53,000 bases of DNA from Pseudomonadota bacterium (GCA_021325135.1 JAJPHT010000008.1:1-53000), one strand, 5' to 3'. Counted from the stretch's first letter, positions 19,201-32,300 are shown. Numbers and translations are program-made. Notes: generated by a model from the sequence alone, not told the origin.

Positions 19201-20360
19201 GAGAGCGTGACGGAGGAGGGCGTGGCGCCTCCGCCGCAGCCGAAGGGCGCGCCGCACGACCAGGTGACGGTGGCGGTGCCCGAGCCCGACTTGACCAGGG
19301 TGATGGAGCCCGCGCTGCCGCCCACCTGGTCGCCCTTGAAGCCGTAGACGAGGAAGCGCGTGCCCGCGTAGGAGCCGTCCAGGCTGGGCACGTAGGCCTG
19401 CGACTCGACGCCCGCGCAGCAGGGGCCCGCCGCGGAGCCCTTGGCGTCGGCGCGGAAGTCGGCGACCACCACGGGGTTGTCGCTGGTGATCTTGTACGCC
19501 TTGTTGGGCGGGATCTGGTAGATGGCGTCCACGCCGAAGCCGGTCCGCGTGGGGTTCTGCGTGCCGGCGGAGCCGGGCGCCACGCTGAACTTGCCGTTGT
19601 CCAGCGTCCAGAGCGTGACGATGGCCTCCCCCTGCGTGGGATGCACGACGACGTAGCGCTGCGTGCCCCCCTGCTGCGGGACGAGGCCGTAGAAGGTGGT
19701 GCCCTCCTCGGAGCCCCACAGGTAGGCGTCCAGCGGCGCGCGGTCCTGGAGGCTGAACGTCGGGGGCGACGCGGGCGCGGCCTCGAACTCGCGCGGGTTG
19801 GCGTAGACGTAGAAGTAGCGCTTCTCGTGGGGCGCGAGGGTGAGCCCCTTCAGCGAGACCAGCAGCGTGCCCACGGGGTTCGTCTGGTTGTTGTAGGGCG
19901 CGGAGTGGTCCGCGTGCCACGGGCCGGGATAGAAGACCGCGGGCGTGGGGAGCGTGGACTGGCCGTTCACGGGCCCCGTGCTCCACCCGCTGCGGCCGTA
20001 GTCGACGACGCGGATGCTCGCCTCGTCCAGCGTGAAGGCGGTGAGGCTCGCGTTGGCGCCCGCGCGGATGGCGCTGGACCAGCCCGCGTCCAGGAGGAGC
20101 TTCCCGAAATCGATATCGACCGACGCGACGGGGTTGACCAGGGCAAAGGCGAACGGGTTCTCGAAGACCAGGGGCGCGCGGATGGCGTATCCCTGGGTGG
20201 GGTGCGCCTTGTCGCTGACGCCCCACCACGGGTCGCCCGAGGACTGCGCGTCCGCCGCGTGGAGCGGCAGCGCGGGCAGCACCAGGAGCGCAGCCAGAAG
20301 GAGAGGCAGGGCTCGCGCTGCCTTCAGCCCGTGTGCCCCGCGGTCCCCCCCATGGCTCAC
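16263..20360 (-). CDS. Large cell-surface protein (DUF2341-like N-terminus, IgGFc-binding-like region, NEW3 repeats, CARDB, PGF-CTERM-like anchor)
   Basis: 1365 aa; GTG start overlapping upstream stop, GAGGAGG SD; signal peptide; WW...YAIRAPL...LDEASIRVV...RYFYVY; ITSDNPVVV/ISATKPVSV motifs; NxGxxxD repeats; tail TPAPG + hydrophobic + RRRK. Confidence 0.85.
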   Translation of the reverse strand: MSHGGDRGAHGLKAARALPLLLAALLVLPALPLHAADAQSSGDPWWGVSDKAHPTQGYAIRAPLVFENPFAFALVNPVASVDIDFGKLLLDAGWSSAIRAGANASLTAFTLDEASIRVVDYGRSGWSTGPVNGQSTLPTPAVFYPGPWHADHSAPYNNQTNPVGTLLVSLKGLTLAPHEKRYFYVYANPREFEAAPASPPTFSLQDRAPLDAYLWGSEEGTTFYGLVPQQGGTQRYVVVHPTQGEAIVTLWTLDNGKFSVAPGSAGTQNPTRTGFGVDAIYQIPPNKAYKITSDNPVVVADFRADAKGSAAGPCCAGVESQAYVPSLDGSYAGTRFLVYGFKGDQVGGSAGSITLVKSGSGTATVTWSCGAPFGCGGGATPSSVTLSPASPTAVMSIPAGQWSTLTASAPVLVRLHPFAVASSEGEVAHSVPALTGGPEGTEFYVGAPNDGGLYRVCTEERLVLRAVSLGKPSLQAFPEGPADTTAPLHLDTGCADQHAQTTTPAAPLDFYGAIDPRTGEDSTQVPFRMTVGAATRNTDALARPSFGPVGGVGGVDFDTYGQPGISGRVAILGHYNQTFLTVTEDKLTKAGLPTKVNATYGVNADGFLVLDPTRDPLSLASYHISATKPVSVVYDDPMQSADGLASYAYARMVPSEPVGPRGTFGPAEFRGPLVALRSPDAPGRNLLVRSGGPGEPMDFRLDVVNLGRWIAGDGLPDTVSVSCDAPQDWKVAGCSRDVPLASGAVERLQLSITPSAADVNLTRTVTVTAQSKAGGSPATFTFHIHVEVNYGVGMWFDVEGGRKTIDPPVGVDPGQTYHYNVLVKNTGSTGDTYDLTVKAPQEGWSQALLLDGKPARTVTLDAGETKTLDFAVTAPNQETAPKNFVSITAQSESALTAGDVVNTATQIRPKINITLALDPAAQVVAPGANATFNLTVNNSGNGEFLIRLANDSDLPKGWTSRFSVDPPEINLDPGTNFTFRLDVTPPLGSRAGDLATLKVTALVGEDDRTLQPGDEVGAVVVVRRIHDITTPNLPDAEAEPGETLRYLLPVANAGNGNDIVEILPGAVDPAWRLTTDSPSLAVDYNATEDLPLSIEVPPGAAAGLTNLTFTVRLSREATENLTVPIQVRQVARLLVEAPAALLTSPGKPTSLEGRVTNVGNLAGEFDLSAAAPQGWNATLVPARATLGVGDSLPLRLLLNASRDAADGDFPVALQASFADGPAGGANVTTTLARPLLYLSSVQTTGTLSSGDLVLVSAAVGNKGAIAAENVTVALVVDGAAVDKVVLSRITVNDTKVATLNWVATGKPKEVRVVIDPQQDIVQSTRDNTQQVVTFGSRLTPAPGALAALAVACAAALLSARRRKAP

Positions 20361-23300
20361 TTCGGGGGCCTCCTCGACCCCGTCTTCGGGGTCACGACGA
20401 GGGCCGCCGCGATGGCGGCGAGCAGCGCGACGATCTCGAACCCGGGGACGTTGGAGCGCTGGGCCGCGAGGCCGCCGGGCGAGCCCGCGCCCGAGACGGT
20501 CACGAGGGCCGAGACGGCGTTGTCCGCCGTCGCCGGGTCCACGGTGTCGTTGTACGGGTCCACGACGGCCGTGAGCGTGTGGGCCCCCGGCTGCGCGGTC
20601 CAGTTGAAGCTGACCTCGGTCTTGGCGCCGGCGTCCAGCGAGGGGATGCGCGTCTCGCCGACGAAGTAGTCGTCGACGAAGAGGTGCACCGGCACGTCGC
20701 TGGCCGGGCCGCTGCCGCCGTTGGCGACGGGCAGGCGCACGGTGACGCGGTCGCCGGGGGAGAGGCCCTGGCGCGGCGCGTACTCCAGCGCGTTCACCTG
20801 GAAGTCGGGGCGCGCGATGCTCACGTGGAGCGCCTGCACGTTGGCGCGGCCCTCCGCGGTGTCGGGCGTGACGCCGGGGAAGAGGGCGTAGGCGACCACG
20901 GGGTAGCTGCCCGCGGGCACGGTGGCGTTGGGCTTCACCAGCAGCGTGGCGACGGTCTTCGCGCCGGGCGCGAGATCGAACGTGCTGGGCTCCAGCGAGG
21001 CCTCGACGCCGGGGGGCACGCTGGTGAGGACGACCTGGAAGGGCGTCTTCGTGTTGCCGGCGTTCTCCACCGCGACGGGGTACGCCAGCGCGCCCTCGGC
21101 GGGCTTGGCGACGGAGTCCACCACCTTGGCGCTGGCGACGCGGAAGGGCTGCACGTTGACGCTCACGGAGCCGTCGCGCGCCTCGCCGTCGGGCATGACC
21201 GCGTGGGCCTGCACCGCCTGGGCGCCGGGCGCGGTGCCGGGGGGCACGCTCACGTGGAGCGCGAGCGTCGCCTGCCCGCGCGGGGGCACGACGAGCTTGG
21301 CGGGGAGCGTCTCTTGCGCAGTCCAGCCTGGGGGAAGCGTGGCGCTCACGGTCCAGGGGGCCACGCTGTTGCCCTCGTTGCGCGCGGTGATGGGCACCAC
21401 GATGGTGGGGGGCGACGCGGAGGCGACGGTGGCCACGAGCGAGCCCGCGTACTCGGCGCGGACCGCAAGAGGCGTCTCGCCGGAGGCCACCTTCATCGGG
21501 TTCTCGCGCGAAACCGCGAGCACCCTAATGAACTGTGGCTCAGCGGCGCCAGCGACGGCGTCGGGGCCCACGTCGACCCGCGCGAGGCCGCTGAACGTCT
21601 CGCCCGCGCGCAGGAAGAGACCGTCGCGCGGCAGCGTGACGCTGACGCCCGGAGGCGCCTGCGCGACGAACTGCAAATCCTCGCCCGCGTTGCCGTCGTT
21701 GGTCACGTTGAAGGGGAGCTTCAGGTCCGCGCCCGCGGCCACGGCGTCCGCAAGCTGGCCCAGATCAAGCCGCACGTCATAGCCCTTGACGATGAGCAGC
21801 GTGAGGCCCGTCCCGGGGTAGTGGTCGTTGTCCGTGGAGAGCTGGAGCTGCTCGTTGCGCACGTCGAAGCTGAGGTTGTACTCGCCCTTCTGCGCGAGCC
21901 AGTTGAACGTCACGACGGCCTTCCCGCCCGCGGGGATGAACGCGATGGACTTGGCGGGGAGCGTCAGCGAGCCGATGCTCGCGCGCACGTCGACGTTGGT
22001 CGCGGCGGCGCGGCCGGGGTTGGAGACGGTGAGCTCGAAGCTGGCCAGCTCTCCCGCGGTCACCTCGTAGCGCGAGACGTCCGCGTCCTGCGCGGGGTCG
22101 ACGACGCCGCCCAGCGAGTTGCGCAGCGTCAGCGCGTCCTGCGCAGAGACATCAAGGTCGGGGATGAGGAGCGCCGTGACGGGGAGCGTCGCCTGGACGA
22201 CGTTGTCGCTGCGGCTGTACTCCTCGCCCACGGAGGCGGGGTCCGCGACGAAGGTCAGCACGTGCTGGCCGATGGCGCCGCGCGCGGGCTTCCAGTGGAA
22301 CTCGATGACCGCCGTGCTCTCGTCCGGGCTCGTGTAGTAGCTCTTGATGGCCGGGAGCGGCAGGTCGTAGGCGACGTCGGTGCCGCCCTCCACCCAGTGG
22401 TCCACGACGTGGAGCGTGCTGGGCTGGGAGTCCACGAGGCCGTGGTTGTCCACGGTGACGGGGAGGAACGCCTCGGTGCCCTCCTGCACGAGCGCCTGCG
22501 CGCCCACGGGGAGCGCGACCGAGACGCCCAGGTCCGCGAGCTGGCGCGGCGCGAAGACGAGGTCCACCAGGGTGGGTCCGCCCACGGCGCCGTCGAGGTC
22601 GCTCTTGACGCGCAGCGTCGCGCGGTAGGTCGTGGGGAGGAGGCCCGGGTCGCGGGGCAGCGTGACGGTGACGGGCACGAGGCGCGTCTCGCCGGGCTGG
22701 AGCGCGAAGGCGTCCGCCGGGGGCCGCACGGAGCCCTCGGGCGCGGAGGAGTTGTCCGCGTCGTAGGTCACGCGCGCCAGGTCCGGGAAGCTGCCGCGGT
22801 TGGTGACGACGACGTTGAACGTCTTCGTCACGTTGTCCAGGAGCACCGCGTGCTGGCTCTGGGGGTGGATCTCCAGGTTGTAGGGGCCCACGCTGAGGTC
22901 GTCCACGAGCATCGCGTGGCCCTGGCCGCGCGCGAGGGGCGACTTCTGCGCCGCCTCGATGGCGGAGCCGGGGCCGACCCAGACGCGGAAGACGAGGCGG
23001 ATCTTGTGGCCCAGGAGCGAGAGGCGCGTCGCGGGCTCGGCGTCGCCCTTGCCGGGGTTGTAGCCCACGGGGTGGCAGTGGGGCTGGTTGGCCAGGTCGA
23101 AGACGGCCTTGGACCAGGTCTCCTCCCAGCCTCCGGGGCTCGTGAAGTAGTCGTTGCCGGAGGAGAACTGGAAGCCGCTGGCGCCCGCGCTGGGCAGCGC
23201 CGTCTCGTTGCCGAAGGCGGCGTTCATGTCCTCGGTCTGGGGCTTGCTCTGGCCGCCCGTCGGGGGGGGCTGGGGGCCCCACCAGCCGGTGATGGGGCCT

Positions 23301-26300
23301 TCGTAGCCGCCCACGGGGACGAGCTTGCACGAGAAGGCGCCCGTGGCGGGCTTCTCGGCGGAGGCCGTCTCGTCGAGGACGACCTGCGCGGAGACGCTGG
23401 CGCCGTCGTAGCGCGCGAGGCGGTCCTCGTGCCAGAAGGTGAGGAACGCGGGCTGCTGCGCCGTGAAGTTGTGCAGGTCGATGACGGGGCTCACGGCCTG
23501 GTAGTACGAGCCGCCGGGGCCCACGCCGTCGTTGTACGACGCGCCGAAGGCCAGCGTGCTCTCGTTGACGCCGATCTCCAGGGCGCCCGCGCCGTCGTGG
23601 CCGCGCGTCGTGGACCAGCCGAAGCCGTTGGGCGCGTTGCCCTGCGACCAGTTGGCCTTGGCGTCGTCCGGGTTGTCGAAGCCCGTGGCGTAGGCCTGGG
23701 GCGCCGCGGCGATGGCCATCTCCAGCGTGGTGGGGAAGACGTCGGGGGTGAGGTTGAAGCCGCCCACCGTGCCGTCGGCGACGCTGCCGCCCACGTGGAA
23801 GGCGAGGACGCCCGCCGCGTGCGGCGTCGCCTGGAACGAGACGACGGCGCTGCCGCCCACGGGGAGCGGCACCGAGGCGCTGCCGCACGAGGGGATCGTC
23901 TCGCGGTCGACGTCGGCCTCGCGGCCCGGCGAGGTCTGGTGGTTCGTGGGCACGTTGTGGTCGTACACCTCGGCCGAGCAGGAGAGCGCCGCGTTGAGCG
24001 GCACGCCCCCGGCGTTGGCCAGCCGGAGGGTGAGCGTGGCGTTCTCGCCCACGCGGGCGTTGACCGGCGTCGTGGTCGCGGAGACGACGGAGAGCGAGCC
24101 GTGGTCGAGGACCTCGAACTGCACGTGGCGCTCCAGGAAGCCCTGCACCTCGTTGTCGCGGATGGGCACGTAGGGCGTGTTCTGCGACGTGGGGTTGAAC
24201 TCGCGCAGCTCCAGGAGGAGAAGGTCCTGGAAGCCGTTGGGCAGCGTCTTGTCCGCCGTGAGCGTCACGTGGATCGTCGTCGACTGGCCCGGCGCCAGCG
24301 GGCTCGCCAGGAAGAGCATGGCGCCCGGGTGGCTGGCGTCAGGGTCGGCGAGGAGGCCCGCGGGCGCGTCGCCGGAGAGGACGACGGCGGGGTTGGCGCC
24401 GTTCACGGGCGCCATGCGCGCGTCGATGGCGAGGCCGCGGCGCACCGTGGAGCCCATGTTGCGGATGGTGACGGGGATGGTCACGTTGTGGCCCGGCGTC
24501 GTGGAGTGGAGCGCGGACTCGTCGGCGAAGATGCCGACGTTGCGGCCGTAGCGCTGGCCGAAGACGCTCACGTCGTCCACCTGCCAGTGGCCGTCGTCCA
24601 CGCTGCCGTCGGTGGCGGCGCGCAGGCGCAGCTGGATGGGCGAGCCGGAGAGCACGTCGCCCACGACGCTGACGTTGGTGATCCACCAGCCGCCGTTGTC
24701 GTCGGGGCGCAGGCTCCCCGTGGAGCCGTCGGGCTTCGTGAGCGTGGCCGCCTTCTGCTGGATGGCGGGCTGGCCGCTGAAGAAGACGTGGAACCCGAAG
24801 CGGACCTTCTTGCCGATGAGGTCGGAGACGTCGAAGGACGCCGGAACCCAGCCGTGGTGCGCCGCGCCGTAGGGCGTGTCGGTGGAGAACTGCGAGTAGA
24901 GGAACTGCACGTCCTGCCTCACGGGGGAGCCCTTCACGGGCGGGACCGCCTGGAAGGGCGGGTCGTAGCGCCGCGTCGCGCCGTTGTTGGTGGGCGTGGA
25001 GTTCACGGTGAAGTAGCTGTAGCCGCCGCGGGCGGGCGCCGCGGGGTTCGCGCCGTCGTACCCCTTCCCCATGTCGAGGCCCGTGTTGTACGAGCCGTCG
25101 GCGTTCCGGGGGTAGGGCGTCATGGCGTCGTTGGCGTAGATCTGGCGCCAGGGGCCCCAGGTGCCGGAGGCGTCGTCGTAGACCTGCGCCTCGACGACGC
25201 CGCCGGAGGCGAGGGGGTAGTCGGAGTCGGCGTACTTCTGCGCCTCGAAGGCGTAGCGGTGCTGGAAGGACAGCACGGCGTTCTCGCCCGCGATCTGCGA
25301 GAGGTCGAAGACGGGCGTCACCAGGCGCGACTCGGAGCCCGGCAGCGGGCAGGGCATGCTGGTGAGGCCCAGCGTCTTGGAGTACTCCTTGGCGGCGCCG
25401 TCGCCGTTGGTGGCGTCGGTGAGGTCGCGGCAGCGCGGGTCGCCGGGGTAGCCCGAGTACCAGGCGCGGGGCGTCTCGCCCAGCGCGTTCTGGAGGTTGC
25501 CAGGCGTCATGCCCTTGCCGTCCAGGTCCATGACGGGGACGACGCTCCAGTTGCTCTGGACGCCGGGCACGTAGGGGACCAGCGACCAGTTGCGGCCCAC
25601 GAGCGCGGCGTAGTTGGCCGAGGCGGGGTCGCCCTTCTCGAAGCGGGTGTACGTGTCGAACGTCATGTTGGGCGAGGAGCCGGGCACCGAGTAGCAGGGC
25701 AGGTAGGAGGTGCCGCCCGTGGCCCAGAGGTGCTCGCCGCCGGTGAAGTTGGCGCAGCCGACGACGGAGGCGGCGGCCCACGCGGTCTTGGGGTCGAGGA
25801 GCGTCACGCCGTTGGCGGGCTTGCCGTTCACGACCTGCGTGACGTTGACGCGGAAGCCGTCGATGGCGAAGCCGCGGTCGTCGAGCATGTTGCCGTAGCA
25901 CGAGATGCGCTTCGTGACGCTGGTGTTGCCGCAGCCCGAGAGCGCGTCGCCCACCTTGGGCGCGTAGGCGAAGCTGACGTTGACGTTGAGGCCCTTGAGG
26001 TTGCTCACGTCGGCCACCATGTGGTACCAGCGGCCGCGCGTCTCCACGATCGCGGGCTTGCTGACGTTGAAGCGGTACGTCTGGCCGGGGTGCTGGCCGT
26101 CGCCCACGACGCCCGCGAAGGCGTTGTAGAAGCCCGTGACGCCGGGCTGGGGCGAGTAGAGCGACGTGTTGTCGTAGTAGCGCAGCGTCTGGCCGAAGCG
26201 GTCGGCCCACTCCCACCAGTCCAGCGTGACCTTGGCGCGGGGGTCCGTGACGCCCGTGAGGTTCAGCGGCACGTTGAGCATCTCGTTGCCCGTGACGTTG

Positions 26301-29300
26301 CGCTGGTCGTCCTCGAAGGAGGCGGAGCCGGACCACCAGAGCGCGCCGTCGCCCGCGACGGGGAGGATGGCGTCGCTGCCCAGGGAGGCCTGCGCCTCGC
26401 CGCCGGGCTGCGTGAGGTTGTCGTACTCCCAGTAGCCGCGCTTCCCGAGGTCGCCCGTGGCGCCCCACTTCACGTCGGTGTAGACGGCGGGGTTGGCCAG
26501 CGAGGGGGGCAGCGTGGTGGCGTTGCCCAGCGTGCCCGCGAACTGCTGGAGCTGCGGGTTGCGGTAGAACGCGTAGGCGACGCTCTGCTGCGTGACGTTG
26601 GGGAACCGCGTGAGGTCGAACTGGCTGAAGACCCAGCCGCCGGGCGCCGCGGGGAGCGTCGAGGAGTCGCCGCTCACGGCGAACGCCGCGTCGTCGGGGT
26701 TGCCCGTGGGGTGGAGCGGGCTCGCCGCCGAGAGGGGCGTGTCGCCGATGACGCCCAGGGGGAGGCCGTTCAACGGGTCGGCGGAGGCGGGGAGGTTCGT
26801 CCACGTCTTGCCGCCGTCGGCGGAGGCCTGGAGGACGCCCGCGTCGAAGCCAGGCTCGAACTGATAGCGCTGGTAGAACGCGACCTTGGCGTCGCGCGCG
26901 CTGCCTACGTCCACGAGGGGGAGCGTGGCGGACGCGTCGGCGTCGGCGGGGTAGCGGTTGGTCGCGGGGTCGCCGAAGCCGTAGGCGGCGTCGCTGCGGA
27001 AGCCGGGGCTCTGGAGGCTCCAGCTGGGGTCCAGGCTCCAGTCGCCGCGGAAGGCCTCGCCCTGGACGCCGGTCTCGGCGTCGTCGAAGAGGAAGGCGTC
27101 CAGCGAGCGGATGGTGCGCGTGAGGCCGTCCGCGAGGTGCTGGCCGGTGGAGTCCACCGTGGCGCTGGCGACCATCTTGTAGTCGCGGTTCTGGGGCGGC
27201 TGGAAGAAGACGTCCGTGGAGGGGTCGAGGTCGGCCACGCTGGCCAGCGCGACGCGCGTGCCTTCGGGGACGGGGCGCACGGTGCTGTACACGCGGTGGT
27301 CGACGACGAGGCCCGTGAGGTCCTGCACGTCGCGCGTCACGCGGAAGCCCGAGAGGGGCACGTTGCCCGTGTTGTCCAGGTAGAGCGTGATGGCGCGCGG
27401 GATCTGGCTGGTGGCGTTCTCGGGGCGCACGAGGGCGTCCAGGTGGAACTCGGGGCGGCTGTGCGCGACGACGGGGTTGGCCAGCGTGCCCAGGAGCGCC
27501 ACGTTGTCCGTGGGGTCCTCGTCGCGGTCGATGCCCAGGGGCGTCGCGTGGAACGAGATGGAGTAGAGCTGCCCCTCGGCGAAGGGGACGTCCCAGAAGA
27601 ACGTGTGGTTGACGCTCGCGCCCGCCTCCAGGAGCGGCTGCTGCGCGAGGGGGATCGTCTGGAGGAGCGTGGAGGTCTTCGCCACGGGGTCCAGGACGCG
27701 GCGGATCTCCAGGCTGCCGGTGTAGCCCAGGGCGTCGTAGATGCCGTTGTTCCTCACGGTCACGTTGATGGGGACGCGCGTGCCGGGGCCGACGCCCAGG
27801 CGGTCCGCGTCGTAGCCCACCTTGAACTGGAGGTTGGTGGCCGCGAGGTCGATGCCCAGGGGGCGCGCGCCCACGACCTTGAAGTCGGTGACGTACCAGC
27901 CCTCGCCGGGGTAGCTCGCGGGGCTCACGGCCTGCTGCGCGGCGTTGGCGGCGTTGAACTCCCAGTTGTTGTCGCCGGCGTCGGCGACGGTGAGGTTGTT
28001 GGGGCTCGTCCACGTGAGGAGGTGGAACGCGACGCGCACGAGGTGGCCCGAGAGGTCCACCTGGCCGCCCGCGGCGTTGGGCGGGATGCAGTCGGTGGCC
28101 GTGGGGGAGTCGAAGCCCGGGCGACACGCGGCGTCGTTGAGGTCCACGCTGGCGGGCTCGTAGGTGGAGGTGTCCAGGGGGTCGCGGAAGACGCCGCTGG
28201 CGTCGGGGCGCATGTCGCGGGCCCAGTAGGAGCCGGCGCGGCCCGTCGCCGGGTTCTGCTGGTTGGGGCCCAGCCCGATGCCCGAGTAGTCGTTGTACGA
28301 GGAGGAGGCGACGATGCCGCCGCGGTAGGACGTGTAGTCGCCGAAGCCCAGCGCCTTGCCGTTGGGGTAGTCGCCGTCGGGCCTCACGCGGTAGAAGGGG
28401 CTCCAGCCGCAGGTGGTGGCGGAGGTGGCCGGGGGCGGGCACTCGTCGGGGCCCTGGCGGAGGTACTGCACCTCGATCCAGCCCGCGTCGCCGTCCACCA
28501 GGGAGTGCGTCGTGCCCGCGTCGTTGGTGATGGTGCGGAACGCGAACTTCTGGCGGAAGGAGACGACGGGGTCGTAGGCGCCGCGCAGGTCGAGGACGGG
28601 GGAGACGAGGCGCGCGTTGTAGCCGTCCATGAGGCGGGGCGAGGAGCCGCCGCCCATGAGCTCGTTGTTGGCGGCCCACACGGGGCGGTCGCCCTCGGTG
28701 GTGACGTGCCACGGGGAGGCCCGCGTGTAATAATACGGCGTCTGGACCTCCTGCCAGTCGTTGGCGACGTCCACGAAGTTGGCGTTGCTGACGCCCTGGC
28801 TGCTGCCGGTGCTGCTCACGACGTAGTACGGGCGCCACGCGTCGCCGGTGTGGTTGGAGGCGCCGTCGTAGTGCATCAGCTCGTGCCAGCCCGTGTCGTT
28901 GAGGCCCTCCACGGAGACGTGGTCGACCGCCCAGCGGACGCCGCTCTCCTTGTAGAGCTCCAGGCCGTAGAACATGCCCGTCTGCGACTTGGCGGCGCTC
29001 TCGTAGACGCCCGGCGCGATGTTGTCGATGACGAGGTGCTCCCACCCGCTGGAGGCGGTGGGCGCGGAGAAGGCGGCGACGTCCTGGAGGAAGACGTTGC
29101 CCAGCTGCACCATGGAGCCGCTCACGTGGCACACGTCGCCCAGGGGCGCGGTGGGGGGCGTCAGGGCGGAGTTGAGGTTGGGGATGCCGCCGGAGGCGAG
29201 GCCGGCCGGGCGCGGGCAGGTGTTGTAGGCGCCGTTCTCGGGCAGCGTCGAGTCGGGGTACTGCTGGTAGAGGATGCGGACGAACGCCTCGCCGGCGGGC

Positions 29301-32300
29301 GAGGCGGACATGACGTTGTGGTCGAGGACGACGCGGAAGAGGCGGAAGCCGTTCTGCGAGCCGCCCACGGGAAGGGGCGCCGGGAGGACGCCGCGGAAGG
29401 CCTGGTTGCTCTGGGTGTTGATGCCCGTCTGCACGGCGCCGTCCTTGGCGTAGAGGAGGGGGAGCGTGGTCCAGTCCTGCTGGTTGGCGTAGGTGGCGCT
29501 GCCGGGGACGTGGTCCAGGAGGACGCCGCCCTCGGCGAGGAGCGTGGCGACGCCGTCGCCCACGACGGCCGCGACGACGCCCGCCTCGTGCGCGGGCGAG
29601 CCCACGAGGGGCAGGGGCACCTCGGCGAGGCCCCAGCCGGGCGCGGCGGGGTTGTCGCACGCGGTGCAGTACGCGAGGTCGCCCTGCGCGTCGATGACGT
29701 AGAGCGTGCCGTCGGGCGCGGGGAAGGCGCGCACGAGCCGGGGCGCCGCCTTGGGGTCGACGGTGGGGATGCCCGCGTAGGGGATGAACGAGACGGCGTT
29801 GTGCGCGAGGTCGACGCGGGCGCGCAGGAGCGAGTTGCCCTCGCCCACGGCGTAGACGACGCCGTTGCGCACGGCGAGGCCCAGCATGTCGGCGGCGAAG
29901 CCGTCGGGCGTCGCCGTGTGGTTCCACTGGCGGCCGTCGTTGACGAGGAGCTGGCCGCCAGGGCCCGCGAGGTAGAGGTAGGGGCCGTTGGCGACGAGGG
30001 CCGCGACGGGGCCTCCGAAGGCGATGGGGACGACGCCGTCCTCGGTGGCGTGGGGGTACTCGATGGGGCCCGTGGGCTCCATGGTCTTGCTCGTCTGGTT
30101 CCAGACGAGGATGACGGGCGAGTCGCCAGCCGCGACCAGCGTGCCGTTCCACCACGTGGCGGACGTGAGGGCGAAGCGCGCCGCGACGGACGCGTTGAGG
30201 GGGATGGCGGTGAGCGCGCCGCGCGCGTCGCGCACGACGGCGCCGCCGTCGCCCACGAGGTAGACCGCGTCGGGGCCCTGGAGCATCGCGCGGATCGTGC
30301 CCACGCCGGAGAGGTTGCCCTGCGGCGTCTCGTTCCACGTCCCGTCGGGCGCGCGCAGGAAGAGCGCGGCGCCGGTGGCGTTGGACGCGGCGACCAGGAG
30401 CCCGTCGGGCGTCTCGACGCCCGCGGTGAAGCTGCGCCCCTTGAGGAAGTCGGGCTGCGAGAGCTGGAACGTCGCGCTGCACTCGCGGTCGTCGCCCTGG
30501 TTGTCGAAGCAGATGGTGCCGGTGGTGCGCTGCACGTAGACCTGGCGCGACGCGGTGGCGAGGGCGCCCGAGGCGCTGACGAAGACGGCCTCGGCGTCGT
30601 AGATGCCCGGGTCCGAGGGCACGATGGTCCAGGTGACGACGCGCGTCTCGCCGGGCTCCAGGTCGCCCAGGACGCGCTGCGGGCCGTCGAGGACGGCCGC
30701 GCTCTTGTCCACCTTGTCGAGGCTGAGGAGAAGCTGCGCGTTCACGGTCTCGGGCTGGCTGCCCTCGTTGCGCACGGCCACCTGGAGGACGCGGTTCTCG
30801 CCCTTCTTCGCGGTGAAGCTGGGCGTGCACACGAGGGAGTGGACCTCGGCGCAGACCTCCAGCGCGGGGCCGCTGGACCCCTTGGCGGGCACGGCGGAGA
30901 GCGCGTGGCGCGTGTAGGCGCGCACGTCGACGGTCGCGGTGGTGCGGTCGTTGGTGGGGTCCGCCGCGTGGTTGGGCACGCGCACGGGCGTGCTGCCCGG
31001 GTTCGTCTCGCGGGTGCGGTTCAGGCTTTCGATATCACCCGTGTGGCCCGTGATCTCGTCGGGGACCAGCGTGGCGGTGACGCGGTAGAGCGTGCCCGCG
31101 CGCGGGGGCGAGGCGGCGCCGCCCCAGGGGACCTGGATCGCGCGCACCTCGCTGGGGGTGAGGTTGGAGACGAGGATGGGCGCGCCCATGGGCGAGGCGG
31201 CGCCGAAGGCGCCCTGCGCGTCCGCGACGGCGAGGCTCACGGTGAGCGTGCCGTTCTCGGTCTGCATGCCCGCGTTCATGACGTTGACGACGACGGGCGC
31301 GGCGTGCAGGTCGGGGGAGACGGTGCGCACGGCGGAGACGCTGTCGTGGTACGGGTTGCCTTCCGCGGAGAGGGGGAGGTTCGCGCCCACGTCCTCGACG
31401 CGCGCGTTGCGGTACCACGCCTGGCCCGTGGCGTTCACGCGGTAGAGCGTGAAGCCGTAGCCCGTGGAGCGGGGGAAGAGGGTGCGGTCGCTGAAGAAGC
31501 CGCCGCCACGGCCCGAGTCCGGCGTCGTCTTGACCTCGAAGAGGACCCACGCGCGCTTGCCGGTGAGGTTCGTGAGGTCGATGCTGGCGTGCGCGACGCC
31601 GGGGTGGTCCCCGGTGAAGGAGGTCGTCTCGCCGGGGAGCGCGGCGTCCTGCAGGAACGCGGCGGTGGGGCCCGACATGCCCTCGACGGGGACGTCGTAC
31701 TGCGGGTCGGCGGAGTAGCCGTAGGACTGGCCCAGGAGGAAGCCGCCCGAGGGGTCGTGGCGGCACGTGACCTGCGGCGCGGGGCTGGAGCCGGGGCCGA
31801 AGCCGGTGGAGACGATGGAGCCCGCCGTGAGGGTGTCCGCGGGGTTGGTCGCGCACGCGGCGGCGTCGGAGCCCTGGCCGAAGGTGTCGGAGAAGAGCGT
31901 CGCGCGGTCGGGCGCGTGGTCGCCGGTGTAGATCCACAGGCGCACGCCGTCGGTGAGGTTGGCGAGGTTGAAGCCGTAGTCCAGGTCCAGCTGCGCGGTG
32001 CGGCGGACGACGGGGAGCTTGGCCGTCGCGTCGCGGACCTCCTGCGCGAAAGCGCCCACCAGGAGGCGCACGGGCGAGCCGCTGCCGGGGGTGACGCCGA
32101 AGGTGGTCTGGTCGCAGAGGAAGCCCAGGGAGCCCGTGGTGGAGGGCAGGCCATCTCCGGGGGTCTGCGCGGGCGTGGAGGGCGAGGCGCCGGCGCGGCC
32201 CGGGGAGGCCTGCACGTCGCAGAGGCTCGCGAGGCGCTGGATGGCGTCGTTCTCGGCCGCCATGACGGAGGAGACGGTCTGCGCGTCGCCGCGCACGGCG

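Noticed and set aside
28871-28885. HELMH (HExxH) in the 4189-aa protein suggesting a zinc metalloprotease
   Set aside because: It lies in a beta-strand-like junction between two jelly-roll modules with no helical context or recognisable third ligand; probably chance. A structure model would settle it.
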